A DNA stretch of 64,000 nucleotides from an uncultured candidatus Porisulfidus sp. (GCA_965204575.1 OZ241993.1:1752664-1816663), one strand, 5' to 3'. Numbered from the stretch's first letter, positions 20,816 through 31,246 are shown. The notes: generated by a model not told the origin, from the sequence alone. Made by a program: numbers and translations.

Positions 20816-21193
20816 TCACTTGACGACTTTCAGGTGGGGCGGCCCTTTCGGCGGGGTCGGATCCTCGTCCGAGGACGATGAAGATTTCCCGTCGTTCCAA
20901 GGAAAGACCAGTCCCTCATTGTTTTCCTTGCAAAAGATGCGGGCCACTTTCTCCACGTCCAGAACCACGTGCTTCGAGACGCCCTGGAACCGGGCATGGA
21001 AGCGGATGCTTTCCTCGTCGATCACGAGGTCGCGCGCCGCACGCGGAGAAATGTTGTAGACAGTGAGTTGGTCGTCCTCCAGTGCCGTTCCGAATTCGGC
21101 ACCTTCATTCCGGACCACCAGCATCGGGGTCAGGTCGTTGTCGACCACCCATTCGTAGATGGCGCGAATCAGGTAGGGGCGATTGGAGGTCAT
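20816..21193 (-). CDS. sspB: ClpXP specificity factor SspB
   Basis: RPYLIRAIYEWVVDN..TP; C-terminal HLKVVK ClpX-binding tail. Confidence 0.93.
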   Translation of the reverse strand: MTSNRPYLIRAIYEWVVDNDLTPMLVVRNEGAEFGTALEDDQLTVYNISPRAARDLVIDEESIRFHARFQGVSKHVVLDVEKVARIFCKENNEGLVFPWNDGKSSSSSDEDPTPPKGPPHLKVVK

Positions 21194-21219
21194 CGCCGGA
21201 TCGGCATGGAATCAGTCCG

Positions 21220-21828
21220 TCAGGACAGGTGCAGGTCCCGCTCGACTTCGGTCAGGCTGCGCTGGAAGCACGGACGCGAATAGACCTCGCGGGCGTATTT
21301 CCAAAGCGGTCCGGAGCTGCGCGGCATTTCGATCTTGTAGCTTTTCAGGCGCCACAGGATCGGCGCCAGCGAGGCGTCCAGCAAGGTGAAGCTGTCGCTG
21401 GTGAAGAATTTCTTGTTTTCCCGCTGCTTGAGTTCCGCCGTCACCCGGATCAGGAAATTCCGCATGGCCTCCCGGGCGGCAGCGGACTTTTTCGCGCCCG
21501 GCGAGTGCAGGTCGTCCAGTTGATCGTACAGGCGCCGCTCGATTTCAAGCAGCCACACCCGCGCCCGCGCCTTCCCGACCGGGTCGACCGGCATCAGGGG
21601 CGGATGCGGGAAGCGGTCATCCAGGTATTCCATGATGATCCGCGGCTCCAGCAGCGTCATTCCCCGGTCGTTGAAGGTCGGCGTCGTGCCCTCGGGATTG
21701 AACACCAGCAGATCTTCGCGCTGCTGCGGATCGTCCGTGTATGCGTAGCGGGCCTGGGTCTCCTTCTCGGCCAGAACCATGCGGACCCGGTGACACTGCG
21801 GGCACTGGGGAGACGAGAACAGCTGCAT
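21220..21828 (-). CDS. sspA: Stringent starvation protein A
   Basis: GST fold, IMEYLDDRFPHPPLMPVDP; located between petC and sspB. Confidence 0.92.
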   Translation of the reverse strand: MQLFSSPQCPQCHRVRMVLAEKETQARYAYTDDPQQREDLLVFNPEGTTPTFNDRGMTLLEPRIIMEYLDDRFPHPPLMPVDPVGKARARVWLLEIERRLYDQLDDLHSPGAKKSAAAREAMRNFLIRVTAELKQRENKKFFTSDSFTLLDASLAPILWRLKSYKIEMPRSSGPLWKYAREVYSRPCFQRSLTEVERDLHLS

Positions 21829-21834
21829 GGCGTT

Positions 21835-22578
21835 TTAGTGGACGTCCTTCCAGTATTCGCGCTTGAGGAAATAGGCGAATCCTCCCAGCACCAGGAGGAA
21901 CAGCAGCACCCACGTCCCCACGCTTTCGCGCGTCAGCCGCGCCGGCTCCGAAACATACACCAGGAACGAAGTGAGATCGACCACGATCTGCTCGTACTCT
22001 TCGGGGGTCTTCAGCCCCGGGGTCTCCAGCGTCAATCCCGTGATGACCGGCTTGCTCCCGTTTCCATTGTCGACTTCCTCCCATTCCGCGCGTTGCAGGC
22101 CCTGTTCCCGCCACAGCACGTGCGGCATGGTCGTGAACGGGAAGGCCCAGTTGTTGACGCCCCAGGGACGGTTTTCGTCGGCGTAGAACGTCATCAGGTA
22201 CTGGTAGATGTAGGTGCCCCCCTTCTGCCGGGCGAGCATGCTCAGATCCGGCGGCTTCGCCCCGAACCACCGCTCGGCATCGTCCTGGGACATGGAGATT
22301 TCCATCCTTTCGCTGACGCGCCGACCGTTGAAGATCAGGTTGTCCGCCACCATCTGCATGTCCAGCCCCAAGTCCTCTCCGATCCGGCTGTAGCGGCTGT
22401 ATTTCAGTGAATGGCAACCCAGGCAGTAATTAACGAAGTACTTGGCCCCCCGCTGCAAGGAGGCCCGATTGGTGAGATCGATCACCACTTGGTACCCGGG
22501 CAGTTCGGCTCCGACCGCAGCGAATGCGGGCCCGGCCGAACCCAGGCACAAGACCGACAGAAAAAGTGCGCGTTTCAT
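21835..22578 (-). CDS. petC: Cytochrome c1
   Basis: LQRGAKYFVNYCLGCH heme motif, PPDLS, C-terminal TM and KREYWKDVH; start ATG 22578. Confidence 0.95.
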   Translation of the reverse strand: MKRALFLSVLCLGSAGPAFAAVGAELPGYQVVIDLTNRASLQRGAKYFVNYCLGCHSLKYSRYSRIGEDLGLDMQMVADNLIFNGRRVSERMEISMSQDDAERWFGAKPPDLSMLARQKGGTYIYQYLMTFYADENRPWGVNNWAFPFTTMPHVLWREQGLQRAEWEEVDNGNGSKPVITGLTLETPGLKTPEEYEQIVVDLTSFLVYVSEPARLTRESVGTWVLLFLLVLGGFAYFLKREYWKDVH

Positions 22579-23966
22579 CCGGTCAACCGGTCCGGCACTG
22601 GAAGGTCGCGCCCCAGTTTCTCGATGCCGCTGCCGAAAACCATGACGGCCACGAACACGGCCGGCATCAGCCAGCCCAGGAAGACCAGCATTCCGTGTCC
22701 GGGTTCTACTCTCACGACGTCGTAGAGACTGATCAGGCCCAGGACCACGACCAAGGTCAGCAAGCGTTCGAGGTTGCGGCGCGGGCGGCTGAAGAACCAC
22801 AGGGCGATGAAGAACAGGAAGTACCATTCGCTGAAGCGCAGCGCGAGTTCGCTGTACAGCGGGGTCGGCGGGTTAAAGCCCAGATAGCCCAATGCCGCGA
22901 ACGTGACCACGAACACGCCCAGGTTGATCTTGTACAGCAGGCTGCGATAGCGCACGGAACGCACCGGGTTGCGGTCGATCCATGGCAGGAAGAACAGGAC
23001 CAGGATGGATAACAGCATGGCCAGCGCCCCGAACTGCGGGTCCGGGATCGCTCGGAGAACCGAATAGAACGGCGTGAAATACCACACCGGAACGATGTGC
23101 TCCGGGGTCAGCAGCGGGTTGGCCGGCGTGAAGTTGTCCGGCTCCAGGAAATAACCGCCCATTTCGGGGGCGAAGAACACCACCAGCGCGAACAGGAACA
23201 GGAACGCGATCGATCCCCAGATGTCCTTGACGGTGTAGTACGGGTGGAACGGGACGCCGTCCAGCGGCTTGCCGTCCGCGTCCTTCTGTTCCTTGATCTC
23301 GATGCCGTCGGGATTGTTGGAGCCCACCTCGTGCAGCGCCATGAGGTGCAACGCCACCAGCGCCAGAAGCGCCAGCGGGATGGCCGACACGTGAAGTGCG
23401 AAGAACCGGGTCAGGGTCGCGTCGGAGATCGCGAAATCGCCACGCAACCAGATGGCGATATCCGGTCCGATCCAAGGAATGGTGCTGAACAGGTTGACGA
23501 TGACCTGCGCGCCCCAGTACGACATGTTGCCCCAGGGCAGCAGGTAACCCATGAAGGCTTCCGCCATCAGCGTCATGTACAGGAACATGCCGAGCAGCCA
23601 GATCAACTCGCGGGGCGCCTTGAAGGAACCGTACATGATGCCCCGGAACATGTGCAGGTACACCACGATGAAGAAGAACGACGCACCCGTGGAGTGCATG
23701 TACTGAATCAGCCAACCGAGAGGAACATCGCGGCGAATGTATTCAAGGGAAGCGAACGCGAGTTCCGCGTCCGGCTTGTAGTGCATGGTCAGGAAGATGC
23801 CGGTAACGATCTGGATGACCAGCACCAGCAGTGCCAGCGAGCCGAAAAAGTACCAGAAGTTGAAGTTCTTGGGCGCGTAGTATTTCGCCAGATGATCGTT
23901 CCACAACTGCATCAGCGGGAAACGGGCGTCGATCCAGCCGATCAGGCCCTCGAAAAGGGATTTCAT
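22575..23966 (-). CDS. petB: Cytochrome b
   Basis: HSTGASFFF, GYLLPWGNMSYWG and PVWY (PEWY equivalent); start ATG 23966. Confidence 0.97.
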   Translation of the reverse strand: MKSLFEGLIGWIDARFPLMQLWNDHLAKYYAPKNFNFWYFFGSLALLVLVIQIVTGIFLTMHYKPDAELAFASLEYIRRDVPLGWLIQYMHSTGASFFFIVVYLHMFRGIMYGSFKAPRELIWLLGMFLYMTLMAEAFMGYLLPWGNMSYWGAQVIVNLFSTIPWIGPDIAIWLRGDFAISDATLTRFFALHVSAIPLALLALVALHLMALHEVGSNNPDGIEIKEQKDADGKPLDGVPFHPYYTVKDIWGSIAFLFLFALVVFFAPEMGGYFLEPDNFTPANPLLTPEHIVPVWYFTPFYSVLRAIPDPQFGALAMLLSILVLFFLPWIDRNPVRSVRYRSLLYKINLGVFVVTFAALGYLGFNPPTPLYSELALRFSEWYFLFFIALWFFSRPRRNLERLLTLVVVLGLISLYDVVRVEPGHGMLVFLGWLMPAVFVAVMVFGSGIEKLGRDLPVPDRLTG

Positions 23967-24562
23967 GCGGGAGCGTCCTCGGGCATCTCGCCGATCAGGA
24001 TTCGCGTATCGCTGACGAAACGGTACGGCGGCACCCGCAGGTTGGCGTTGGCCGGCACGTGGTCGTACACGCGGCCTGACAGGTCGAACCGGGAACCGTG
24101 GCAGGCGCAGAAAAATCCACCTTGCCACTCGGGGCCCAAGTCCTCCGGAGCCGCGTCGGGACGGTAGGTCGGGTTGCAGCCGAGGTGCGTGCAGATGCCG
24201 ACCAGCACCAGGAACTCCGGATTCAGCGAGCGGTGGGAATTCCGCGCGAATTCTGGCTGTTGCTCTTGCTCGGAGTGCGGATCGCGGAGGTAACTGGCTT
24301 CAGCTTCCAGCGCCGCCACCATTTCGGGTGTACGACGAATAATCCAGACTGGCTGCTTGCGCCAGATCAGGTCGATCTTCTGACCCCATTCCATCTGCCC
24401 GATATCCACTTCGATCGGGGCGCCTGCCGTACGGGCGCGAGCGCTCGGAGACATGGATGCGATGAACGGCCACATGGCCACTGCGGCACCCGTTCCACCC
24501 ACTAGGGCTGTGCTGCCGGTTAAAAACCTGCGGCGGCCCACATCAACTGTGTCATCTGGCAT
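23963..24562 (-). CDS. petA: Rieske iron-sulfur subunit of bc1 complex
   Basis: Tat signal RRRFL, CTHLGC and CACHGS boxes. Confidence 0.97.
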   Translation of the reverse strand: MPDDTVDVGRRRFLTGSTALVGGTGAAVAMWPFIASMSPSARARTAGAPIEVDIGQMEWGQKIDLIWRKQPVWIIRRTPEMVAALEAEASYLRDPHSEQEQQPEFARNSHRSLNPEFLVLVGICTHLGCNPTYRPDAAPEDLGPEWQGGFFCACHGSRFDLSGRVYDHVPANANLRVPPYRFVSDTRILIGEMPEDAPA

Positions 24563-24585
24563 GTGCTGGGAATCTCCGGGCGATC

Positions 24586-24625
24586 AAAAAACACAGCCGC
24601 CACCCTTTTCGCGGGTCGACCGTGT
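24586..24625 (-). terminator. Terminator-like hairpin with U-tract upstream of petA
   Basis: Minus strand ACACGGTCG-ACCC-loop-GGGT-GG-CGGCTGTGT followed by a T run. Confidence 0.5.
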
Positions 24626-24700
24626 CCACTCCATCTGCGGCGGCAAATTTTAACATATGCGGCTTGGCGTCTTGGCGTCAGCGAAATGCGATACCTCTTC

Positions 24701-25459
24701 TCAAGCCGGGTTCGAAATGTCGATGAACTGGTGGTGCAACCCGAATTTTTCCTCAAGATGCCGGCCGACGGCCTGCACGCCGTAACGCTCGGTCGCGTGA
24801 TGGCCGCAGGCAAAATAATGCACCCCGCATTCGCGGGCCGTATGCACGGTCTGTTCGGAAATCTCCCCGCTGATGAAGGCGTCCAGTCCCAGGCGGGCCG
24901 CCTGTTCAATGAACTGCTGCCCGGCACCGGTGCACCATCCAACCGTGGCGATCGGGTCTTTTCCCTCGGGGCCGGCCCATACCACCGGGTGCTGCAACCG
25001 CCCCTCCAGTTCGCCCGCGAATTCCTGTGCTGATTGCGGTTCTTTCAACCGTCCAACCCTTCCGGTCTCCGGGGCGCCGGGCTCCAGAAGGCCGGTGACA
25101 TCCAGATCCAGGCATTCCGCCAGCTGGACGTTGTTTCCGAACTTCTCATGCGCGTCCAGCGGCAGATGGTAGGCGAACAAGTTGATGTCCGAAGCCAGCA
25201 GTGTGCGAAGCCGCCGCGCTTTCATCCCGGTGACCCTCGCATCTTCGTTTCGCCAGAAATACCCGTGATGCACGAGCAAGGCATCGGCACCCTGTTCCTG
25301 AGCGGCTTCGATCAACGCCTGGCTTGCGGTCACGCCCGAGATCAGCGCCTCGATCCGGTCGCGGCCCTCGACCTGCAACCCGTTGGGGCAATAGTCCGAG
25401 AATTCTGAAGGCTGGAGCAACTCGTCCAGGTAAGCGGAAAGATCCGTTCGCTCAACCAT
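24701..25459 (-). CDS. Nif3-like dinuclear metal center protein (YbgI/DUF34)
   Basis: DYCPNGLQVEG, VHHG, YHLPLDAH and GHHATE motifs; start ATG 25459. Confidence 0.93.
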   Translation of the reverse strand: MVERTDLSAYLDELLQPSEFSDYCPNGLQVEGRDRIEALISGVTASQALIEAAQEQGADALLVHHGYFWRNEDARVTGMKARRLRTLLASDINLFAYHLPLDAHEKFGNNVQLAECLDLDVTGLLEPGAPETGRVGRLKEPQSAQEFAGELEGRLQHPVVWAGPEGKDPIATVGWCTGAGQQFIEQAARLGLDAFISGEISEQTVHTARECGVHYFACGHHATERYGVQAVGRHLEEKFGLHHQFIDISNPA

Positions 25460-26772
25460 CACTTCGAGTCGCTTCGCCAACGGGCCGAAGCGGCATGCGC
25501 ACCCAAACCCTCCGCCTTCGCCAGACACTCGGCCAAGCCGGCAAGGTCCGCGGCACCGGCCTGCGACAGGCGAATGGTGCTGCTGCGCTTCTGGAAGTCG
25601 TAGACCCCCAGCGGCGACGCGAAGCGGGAAGCCCGCATGGTCGGCAGCACGTGGTTGGGTCCGGCGCAGTAATCGCCCATCACCTCCGGGCTGTGCGCGC
25701 CCAAGAAGATCGCGCCGGCATGATGGATTCGATTCATCACCGCATCCGGTTCCTCCAAGGCCAGTTGCAGGTGTTCGGGCGCCAGTCGGTCAACCAGTTC
25801 CGCGGCCTGCTCCAAATCGTCGGTCTGGATCAGCGCGCCGTTGGCCGCCAGGGATTCGCGGATGATTTTTGCGCGCGGCAGCCCTTCCAATTGCGCGGCC
25901 AACGCGTCCGCGACCGCATTGATGTGATCCAAGTCCGGGCTCAGGAGAATCGCCTGCGCCTGTTCGTCGTGCTCCGCCTGCGCCATCAGGTCCGCCGCCA
26001 GCCATCGCGGGTCCGCGCTGCCGTCGCTCACGACCACCACTTCCGAGGGCCCGGCCACCATGTCGATCCCGACCCTGCCGAACACCTGCCGCTTGGCCTC
26101 GGCCACCCAGAGGTTTCCAGGCCCGACGATCTTGTCGACTGCCGGGATGGTTTCCGTCCCCAGCGCCAGCGCGGCGACGGCCTGAGCGCCTCCCAGCGCC
26201 CATCCGCGATCAATGCCAGCCACATGCGCCGCCGCCAGCACGACCGGGTTGACCTGCCCATCCGGTATCGGGCTGACCATCAGGATTTCTCCCACCCCGG
26301 CGACTCTCGCCGGGATCGCGTTCATCAGTACCGAAGACGGATACGCTGCAGTCCCTCCGGGGACATAGACGCCGACACGCTGCAGGGCATTGACCCGCTG
26401 CCCGAGCCGAGAGCCGTGTTCGTCCTCGAACTCGAACGATTCCAGCTTCTGCCGCTGCGCGTAATCCCGGATTCGATCGGCCGCGGCCAGCAGCGCATCG
26501 CGCAGGGGTTCGTCCAGCGCCTCGAACGCGGCCTGAAAATCGGCCGCCTGCCAAAGCAGCGACGCCACCGAGCCGGCTTCGTGTCCGTCGTATTGCCGGG
26601 TGTATTCGAGCAGGGCGGCATCGCCGCGCGTGCGGATCTCTTCGATGATGGCCGCGACTGCTTCGGCCTGTTCCGGGCGCGAATCCTGTGCCCTGCCGTC
26701 GATCAGCGCCTGAAATTCACCCTCAAATCCCGGCGCTCCGGTCGACAGAATGCGCGGGAAAGAAGTGCTCAT
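25459..26772 (-). CDS. hisD: Histidinol dehydrogenase
   Basis: [28 protein letters not shown] and [12 protein letters not shown] motifs. Confidence 0.97.
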   Translation of the reverse strand: MSTSFPRILSTGAPGFEGEFQALIDGRAQDSRPEQAEAVAAIIEEIRTRGDAALLEYTRQYDGHEAGSVASLLWQAADFQAAFEALDEPLRDALLAAADRIRDYAQRQKLESFEFEDEHGSRLGQRVNALQRVGVYVPGGTAAYPSSVLMNAIPARVAGVGEILMVSPIPDGQVNPVVLAAAHVAGIDRGWALGGAQAVAALALGTETIPAVDKIVGPGNLWVAEAKRQVFGRVGIDMVAGPSEVVVVSDGSADPRWLAADLMAQAEHDEQAQAILLSPDLDHINAVADALAAQLEGLPRAKIIRESLAANGALIQTDDLEQAAELVDRLAPEHLQLALEEPDAVMNRIHHAGAIFLGAHSPEVMGDYCAGPNHVLPTMRASRFASPLGVYDFQKRSSTIRLSQAGAADLAGLAECLAKAEGLGAHAASARWRSDSK

Positions 26773-27839
26773 GCAGCCCGGCTGGCGCGCTGCCGTCGCG
26801 TCCGAACCGCCTCGGCCAAGCCTTCGAGCAACTGTTCCGTCTGCTCGAATCCGAGACAGGCGTCCGTAATGCTCTGGCCGTACTGCAACGACTCACCGGG
26901 AACCAGTTTCTGGTTGCCGCCGACCAGGTGGCTTTCCACCATGACCCCGACGATCCGCCGGTCTCCCGCGCGAATCTGTTCGCCGATATTGTCGGCCACC
27001 CGCATCTGCTGCTCGGGAACCTTCCGGCTGTTCGCGTGGCTGCAGTCGATCATGACGCGGACCGGCAGTTTCGCCTGTTCCAGGCGCGCACAAACCTCCT
27101 CGACCGCATTGGCCTCGAAGTTCGGCTGCTGCCCGCCCCGCATGATGACGTGGGAATCCTCGTTGCCGGTCGTGTGAAAAATCGCGCTCCGCCCCTCCTT
27201 GGTAAGCGACAGGAAGCAGTGCGGCTGGGTGGACGAACGCAATGCGTCCACCGCCACCTGGATGTCGCCGCTGGTCCCGTTCTTGAAGCCCACCGGGCAG
27301 GACAGCCCGGAGGCCAGTTCCCGGTGGCACTGGCTTTCAGTGGTGCGGGCACCGATCGCCCCCCAACTGACGCTGTCGGCGACGTACTGCGGCGTAATCA
27401 GGTCCAGGAACTCGGTGCCGGCCGGAAGCCCCTGCTCGCCCAGCCATACGAGCAACCCGCGAGCCAGGCGCAGACCGCGATTGATGTGGTAGCTGTCGTC
27501 CAGATCCGGGTCGTTGATCAAACCCTTCCAGCCGACCGTGGTGCGCGGCTTCTCGAAATACACCCGCATCACGATCAGGAGGTCTTCCGCCAGCCGGTCC
27601 CGGACCGGCTGCAGGCGCTGTGCGTACTCGTGCGCCGCCTCCACGTCGTGAATGGAGCACGGGCCGACGATCACCATCAGGCGATCATCCGATTGCTGCA
27701 GGATCTCGCGGATTTGCGCCCGCGCCTCGAACACCGTACGCGCGCCCGCTTCCGTCAGCGGGAATTCTTCCAAGATCTCTTCCGGAGCACTGACGTTTTG
27801 CAAGTCCGTAATCCGCAAGTCGTCCGTTGGGTATTTCAT
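26769..27839 (-). CDS. aroG: 3-deoxy-7-phosphoheptulonate (DAHP) synthase, class I alpha
   Basis: GPCSIHD, KPRTTVGWKG, IGARTTESQ, DCSHANS and SITDAC motifs; isozyme (aroF/G/H) uncertain. Confidence 0.92.
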   Translation of the reverse strand: MKYPTDDLRITDLQNVSAPEEILEEFPLTEAGARTVFEARAQIREILQQSDDRLMVIVGPCSIHDVEAAHEYAQRLQPVRDRLAEDLLIVMRVYFEKPRTTVGWKGLINDPDLDDSYHINRGLRLARGLLVWLGEQGLPAGTEFLDLITPQYVADSVSWGAIGARTTESQCHRELASGLSCPVGFKNGTSGDIQVAVDALRSSTQPHCFLSLTKEGRSAIFHTTGNEDSHVIMRGGQQPNFEANAVEEVCARLEQAKLPVRVMIDCSHANSRKVPEQQMRVADNIGEQIRAGDRRIVGVMVESHLVGGNQKLVPGESLQYGQSITDACLGFEQTEQLLEGLAEAVRTRRQRASRAA

Positions 27840-28477
27840 GCGTCTATCCCCGCCGCCTCCGCGGCTTCCTGAAGGCGTGCCAGAATCGGCATGATCTGGT
27901 CATGCCGCATCTTCCATGCACCCTTGTTGACCACCACGCGCGCACTGATTTCGGCGAGCGTGGCATACGGTTCCAATCCATTGGCGGCCAAGGTCCGGCC
28001 GGTCTCCACCAAATCCACGATGCAATCCGACAGCCCCGCCAGCGGCGCCAGCTCCATCGAGCCATACAATTTTATCGTAACGGCCTGCCTGCCGCGTGCG
28101 GCAAAAAACTCGCGGGCAAGGCGCACGTACTTGGTCGCCACCCGAACCCGGGGCTGTTCCAGGCAGGCTTCGCCGCCCTTCGGTCCGGCCACCACCATCC
28201 GGCAGCGCGCGATGCCGAGATCCAACGGCTCGTACAGGCCGGGAACCCGGCCCTCCATCAGCACGTCTCGCCCGGTAATTCCGAGTTCCGCCGCACCCAA
28301 TGCCACGTAAGTCGGCACATCCGCGGCCCGCAGCACCACCAACTCAAGGCCCGGCTCAGTGCACGGCAGGATCAATCGCCGGCTCTCCGCGGGGTCCTCT
28401 TTCGGCACGATATCGGCGCGCGCGAACACCTCAAGCGCTTCGCTCATGATGCGTCCCTTGGAAACAGCGATTCTCAT
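27836..28477 (-). CDS. hisG: ATP phosphoribosyltransferase, short form
   Basis: IAVSKGR, DVPTYV, ATKY and GSMELAP..GL.D.IVDLVETG.TL motifs; start ATG 28477. Confidence 0.95.
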   Translation of the reverse strand: MRIAVSKGRIMSEALEVFARADIVPKEDPAESRRLILPCTEPGLELVVLRAADVPTYVALGAAELGITGRDVLMEGRVPGLYEPLDLGIARCRMVVAGPKGGEACLEQPRVRVATKYVRLAREFFAARGRQAVTIKLYGSMELAPLAGLSDCIVDLVETGRTLAANGLEPYATLAEISARVVVNKGAWKMRHDQIMPILARLQEAAEAAGIDA

Positions 28478-28488
28478 CGGGATTCTCC

Positions 28489-29745
28489 TCAACTCAAACG
28501 CTGGATGCTGGCGCCGAGGCGCTGGAATTTCTCTTCCACGCACTCGTAGCCTCGATCAATGTGATAAACCCGATCCACGACCGACTCCCCTTCCGCCGCA
28601 AGACCGGCCAGAATCAGGCTGGCCGAGGCCCGAAGGTCCGTGGCCATCACCGGCGCGCCGGACAGCTTCTCCACGCCCTGGATGACGGCGGCACTGCCGT
28701 GCACCTCGATGTTCGCCCCCATCCGGACCAGTTCCTGGATGTGCATGAAGCGGTTCTCGAAAATCGTCTCGGTGATGGTGCTGGTTCCCTCCGCCACCGT
28801 GCTGACCGCCGTCATCTGCGCCTGCATGTCGGTCGGAAACCCCGGGTACGCCGCCGTATAGACATCGGCGGCCCGGGGGCGGCGACCCCGCATGTCGATC
28901 TCCACGTAGTCCTCGCCCAACTCGACGCTTGCGCCGTACTCGCCGAGCTTGACCAGCACGGCTTCCATCGTGTCCGGCCGCACCTGGCTGACCCGGATTT
29001 TTCCGCCGGTCGCGCATGCTGCAGCCAGATAGGTCGAGGCCTCGATCCGGTCGGGCAGCACCTGATGCGTCGCACCCTGCAGTTCACGAACGCCCTCGAT
29101 CTCGATGCGGCTGGTTCCGGCTCCGCGAATACGCGCACCCATCGCTGTCAGGCAACGTGCCAGGTCCTCGACTTCCGGTTCGCGGGCGGCATTCTCGATC
29201 ACGGTCGTGCCCTCGGCCAGCGTCGCGGCCATCATCAGGTTCTCGGTCCCGGTCACCGTGATCTGATCCAGGGCCAAGTGAGTCCCCTTCAGGCGCTTGG
29301 CCCGCGCCCGGATGTAGCCGTTGTTCACGTCGATGGCCGCGCCCATCGCGGCCAGCCCATGCAGGTGCAGGTCGATCGGCCGGGTCCCGATCGCGCATCC
29401 CCCCGGCAACGAGACTTCCGCTTGGCCGTAGCGTGCCAGCAACGGCCCCAGCACGAGAATGGACGCCCGCATGGTTCGCACGATGTCGTACGAGGCGTAG
29501 CAGCGGTTGACCTCGCGGGTGTCGACGCGCAGGCTGTTGTCTTCGCCCAATGTCACCGTCGCCCCCATGCTGCCCAGCAGCCGCATGGTCGAGGCCACGT
29601 CCTGCAAATGCGGGGCGTTCTGGATCAGCAGGGGCTCCTCGCCCATCAGCGAGGCGGCCAGCACGGGCAACACCGAGTTCTTGGCGCCGGAGATTGACAC
29701 CTCGCCACACAGCGGCGTTCCGCCTTGAATCAGCAGCCTGTCCAT
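28489..29745 (-). CDS. murA: UDP-N-acetylglucosamine 1-carboxyvinyltransferase
   Basis: [18 protein letters not shown] and MATDLRAS motifs. Confidence 0.98.
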   Translation of the reverse strand: MDRLLIQGGTPLCGEVSISGAKNSVLPVLAASLMGEEPLLIQNAPHLQDVASTMRLLGSMGATVTLGEDNSLRVDTREVNRCYASYDIVRTMRASILVLGPLLARYGQAEVSLPGGCAIGTRPIDLHLHGLAAMGAAIDVNNGYIRARAKRLKGTHLALDQITVTGTENLMMAATLAEGTTVIENAAREPEVEDLARCLTAMGARIRGAGTSRIEIEGVRELQGATHQVLPDRIEASTYLAAACATGGKIRVSQVRPDTMEAVLVKLGEYGASVELGEDYVEIDMRGRRPRAADVYTAAYPGFPTDMQAQMTAVSTVAEGTSTITETIFENRFMHIQELVRMGANIEVHGSAAVIQGVEKLSGAPVMATDLRASASLILAGLAAEGESVVDRVYHIDRGYECVEEKFQRLGASIQRLS

Positions 29746-29763
29746 TGGAAAACTGGACGCTGC

Positions 29764-30432
29764 TTAGGCGTGCGCATGCGGCGTAAATCGCCGGGAAGTC
29801 TTCCCGTGCGTTTCGCCACGCAGACGCTCAATCACGGCATCCAGGCCATTCTGTTTGATTTCGGGGCGCAGGCTGTCCTTCAGGCTCTTGATCAGGAAAA
29901 TCCCGTCGGCGCGGATCTCGAACACGTACCACTCGCCCTCGATTTCGCGCATCAGGTAGGTCAGGTCGACCGGAGCCTTGCCGGACATCAGGAATTCCGT
30001 GCGGACGACTTGGTAGGCTTTGCCGGGCTTGAGCTCGAACGGCAGGTACTGCACTTTGCCGTCGGCGTACTTGAGGATGACCCTCGCGTACAGTTCGAGC
30101 AACTGCCGCTTGAGTGAAACAATGAACTCGTCGCGTTGCGTCGGTGTCGCCTCCTGATAGATCTTCTTGCCGAGGATGATCTTCAGGATCTGGTCGTAAT
30201 CCAGCACGCCGTCCAGCGTGGCGTCCACGAACGTGTACAGTGCCTCGCCATCGCGCTCGAATTCGTCCATTCTCAAGCGGATTTGCTCCAGCAACTCATC
30301 GCTGACGCCCTGCAGGCGGACTTGCGGGGATTCCGCCGCGGCCCCGGCACCCGCCCACAGCAACAGGGCGGCAAGCGCGAATGCGCCCCCGGACAAACGC
30401 AGCGATGCAATGTTCGTCATTATCAATCTCAC
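29764..30432 (-). CDS. mlaC: Phospholipid-binding periplasmic protein MlaC (Ttg2D)
   Basis: Signal peptide, W.VFEI..DGI.L and I..NGLD..I..L C-terminal pattern; upstream of murA. Confidence 0.8.
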   Translation of the reverse strand: MRLIMTNIASLRLSGGAFALAALLLWAGAGAAAESPQVRLQGVSDELLEQIRLRMDEFERDGEALYTFVDATLDGVLDYDQILKIILGKKIYQEATPTQRDEFIVSLKRQLLELYARVILKYADGKVQYLPFELKPGKAYQVVRTEFLMSGKAPVDLTYLMREIEGEWYVFEIRADGIFLIKSLKDSLRPEIKQNGLDAVIERLRGETHGKTSRRFTPHAHA

Positions 30433-30501
30433 AGCGGATTTGCGAATTATAGCAAGCGGAACTTTATTTCTCCGCGGCTTGTTCGAGCTAAACTAAAAGC
30501 G

Positions 30502-30744
30502 TTACGAGCCCTCAGCCTCTGTAGCCTTTGCATGTAGACGATCCAGCTTGTCGAGCAATCTCAGCCCAAGTGCTTTGTCGCCGCGTGATGCACGGAGTCG
30601 AAAACGCATTTCGGTATCGTGTTCGGCCAGCGCCCGAACAGAGAGCTCCTCCATCAGCTTATTAACGCTCAGGCCTCGTTGCGCGGCCATAGCCGCCAAA
30701 CGGTCGCGATGAGCATCAGGGAGCCGAATTGTCAATGTAGCCAT
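30502..30744 (-). CDS. Ribbon-helix-helix antitoxin (HicB-like)
   Basis: MATLTIRLPD...RL..MA..RG.SVNKL RHH pattern; directly follows PIN gene. Confidence 0.82.
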   Translation of the reverse strand: MATLTIRLPDAHRDRLAAMAAQRGLSVNKLMEELSVRALAEHDTEMRFRLRASRGDKALGLRLLDKLDRLHAKATEAEGS

Positions 30745-30745
30745 A

Positions 30746-31174
30746 TTAGTCTCCTTTACGTTCAAGCCAAGCTCTTGGTGTGATGATGCGGAAACTGTCA
30801 AAAACCAATTCACCAGCTGCAATATCTTTGGCATTGCCGGTCACAATCCATTCTGCATTTCCTGCAACCGCCAGTTCGATTAAGTGGTTGTCGGACTCGT
30901 CCGGCAGATTCGGGCGCCAGAGAAATGCGACGTTTATCCACTGACAAACACCAAGAAACGCATCCAGCAACATTATCCGCTCCTCCGAACTGAGTGGAGC
31001 CATAGCAAACAACTCTTCCCTCGACAACACATCCTCATATTCCAAAAATAAGGAGTTGCTGATGAGCGGCCGAGCTTCCTCAGTCAAACACTGCCGCAAG
31101 ACATTCCGCGCCGCGCCATCAGGAGACAGGATCGCAGAGACCAAAATGTTCGTGTCAACCACAATCCTGCACAT
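30746..31174 (-). CDS. PIN-domain toxin
   Basis: IVVDTNILVS, EYE, DESDNH..ELA and IVTGN.KD acidic active-site residues. Confidence 0.88.
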   Translation of the reverse strand: MCRIVVDTNILVSAILSPDGAARNVLRQCLTEEARPLISNSLFLEYEDVLSREELFAMAPLSSEERIMLLDAFLGVCQWINVAFLWRPNLPDESDNHLIELAVAGNAEWIVTGNAKDIAAGELVFDSFRIITPRAWLERKGD

Positions 31175-31180
31175 TGCGAC

Positions 31181-31202
31181 ATGATAGCATATATGCTGTC
31201 AT
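31181..31202. promoter_or_regulatory. Palindromic operator upstream of the PIN-RHH operon
   Basis: ATGATAGCATATATGCTGTCAT, 22-bp palindrome with one mismatched pair. Confidence 0.6.
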
Positions 31203-31246
31203 ATGTCGTGGGAGATTTGCTATTGATAGGTGCTTATGACAATACA

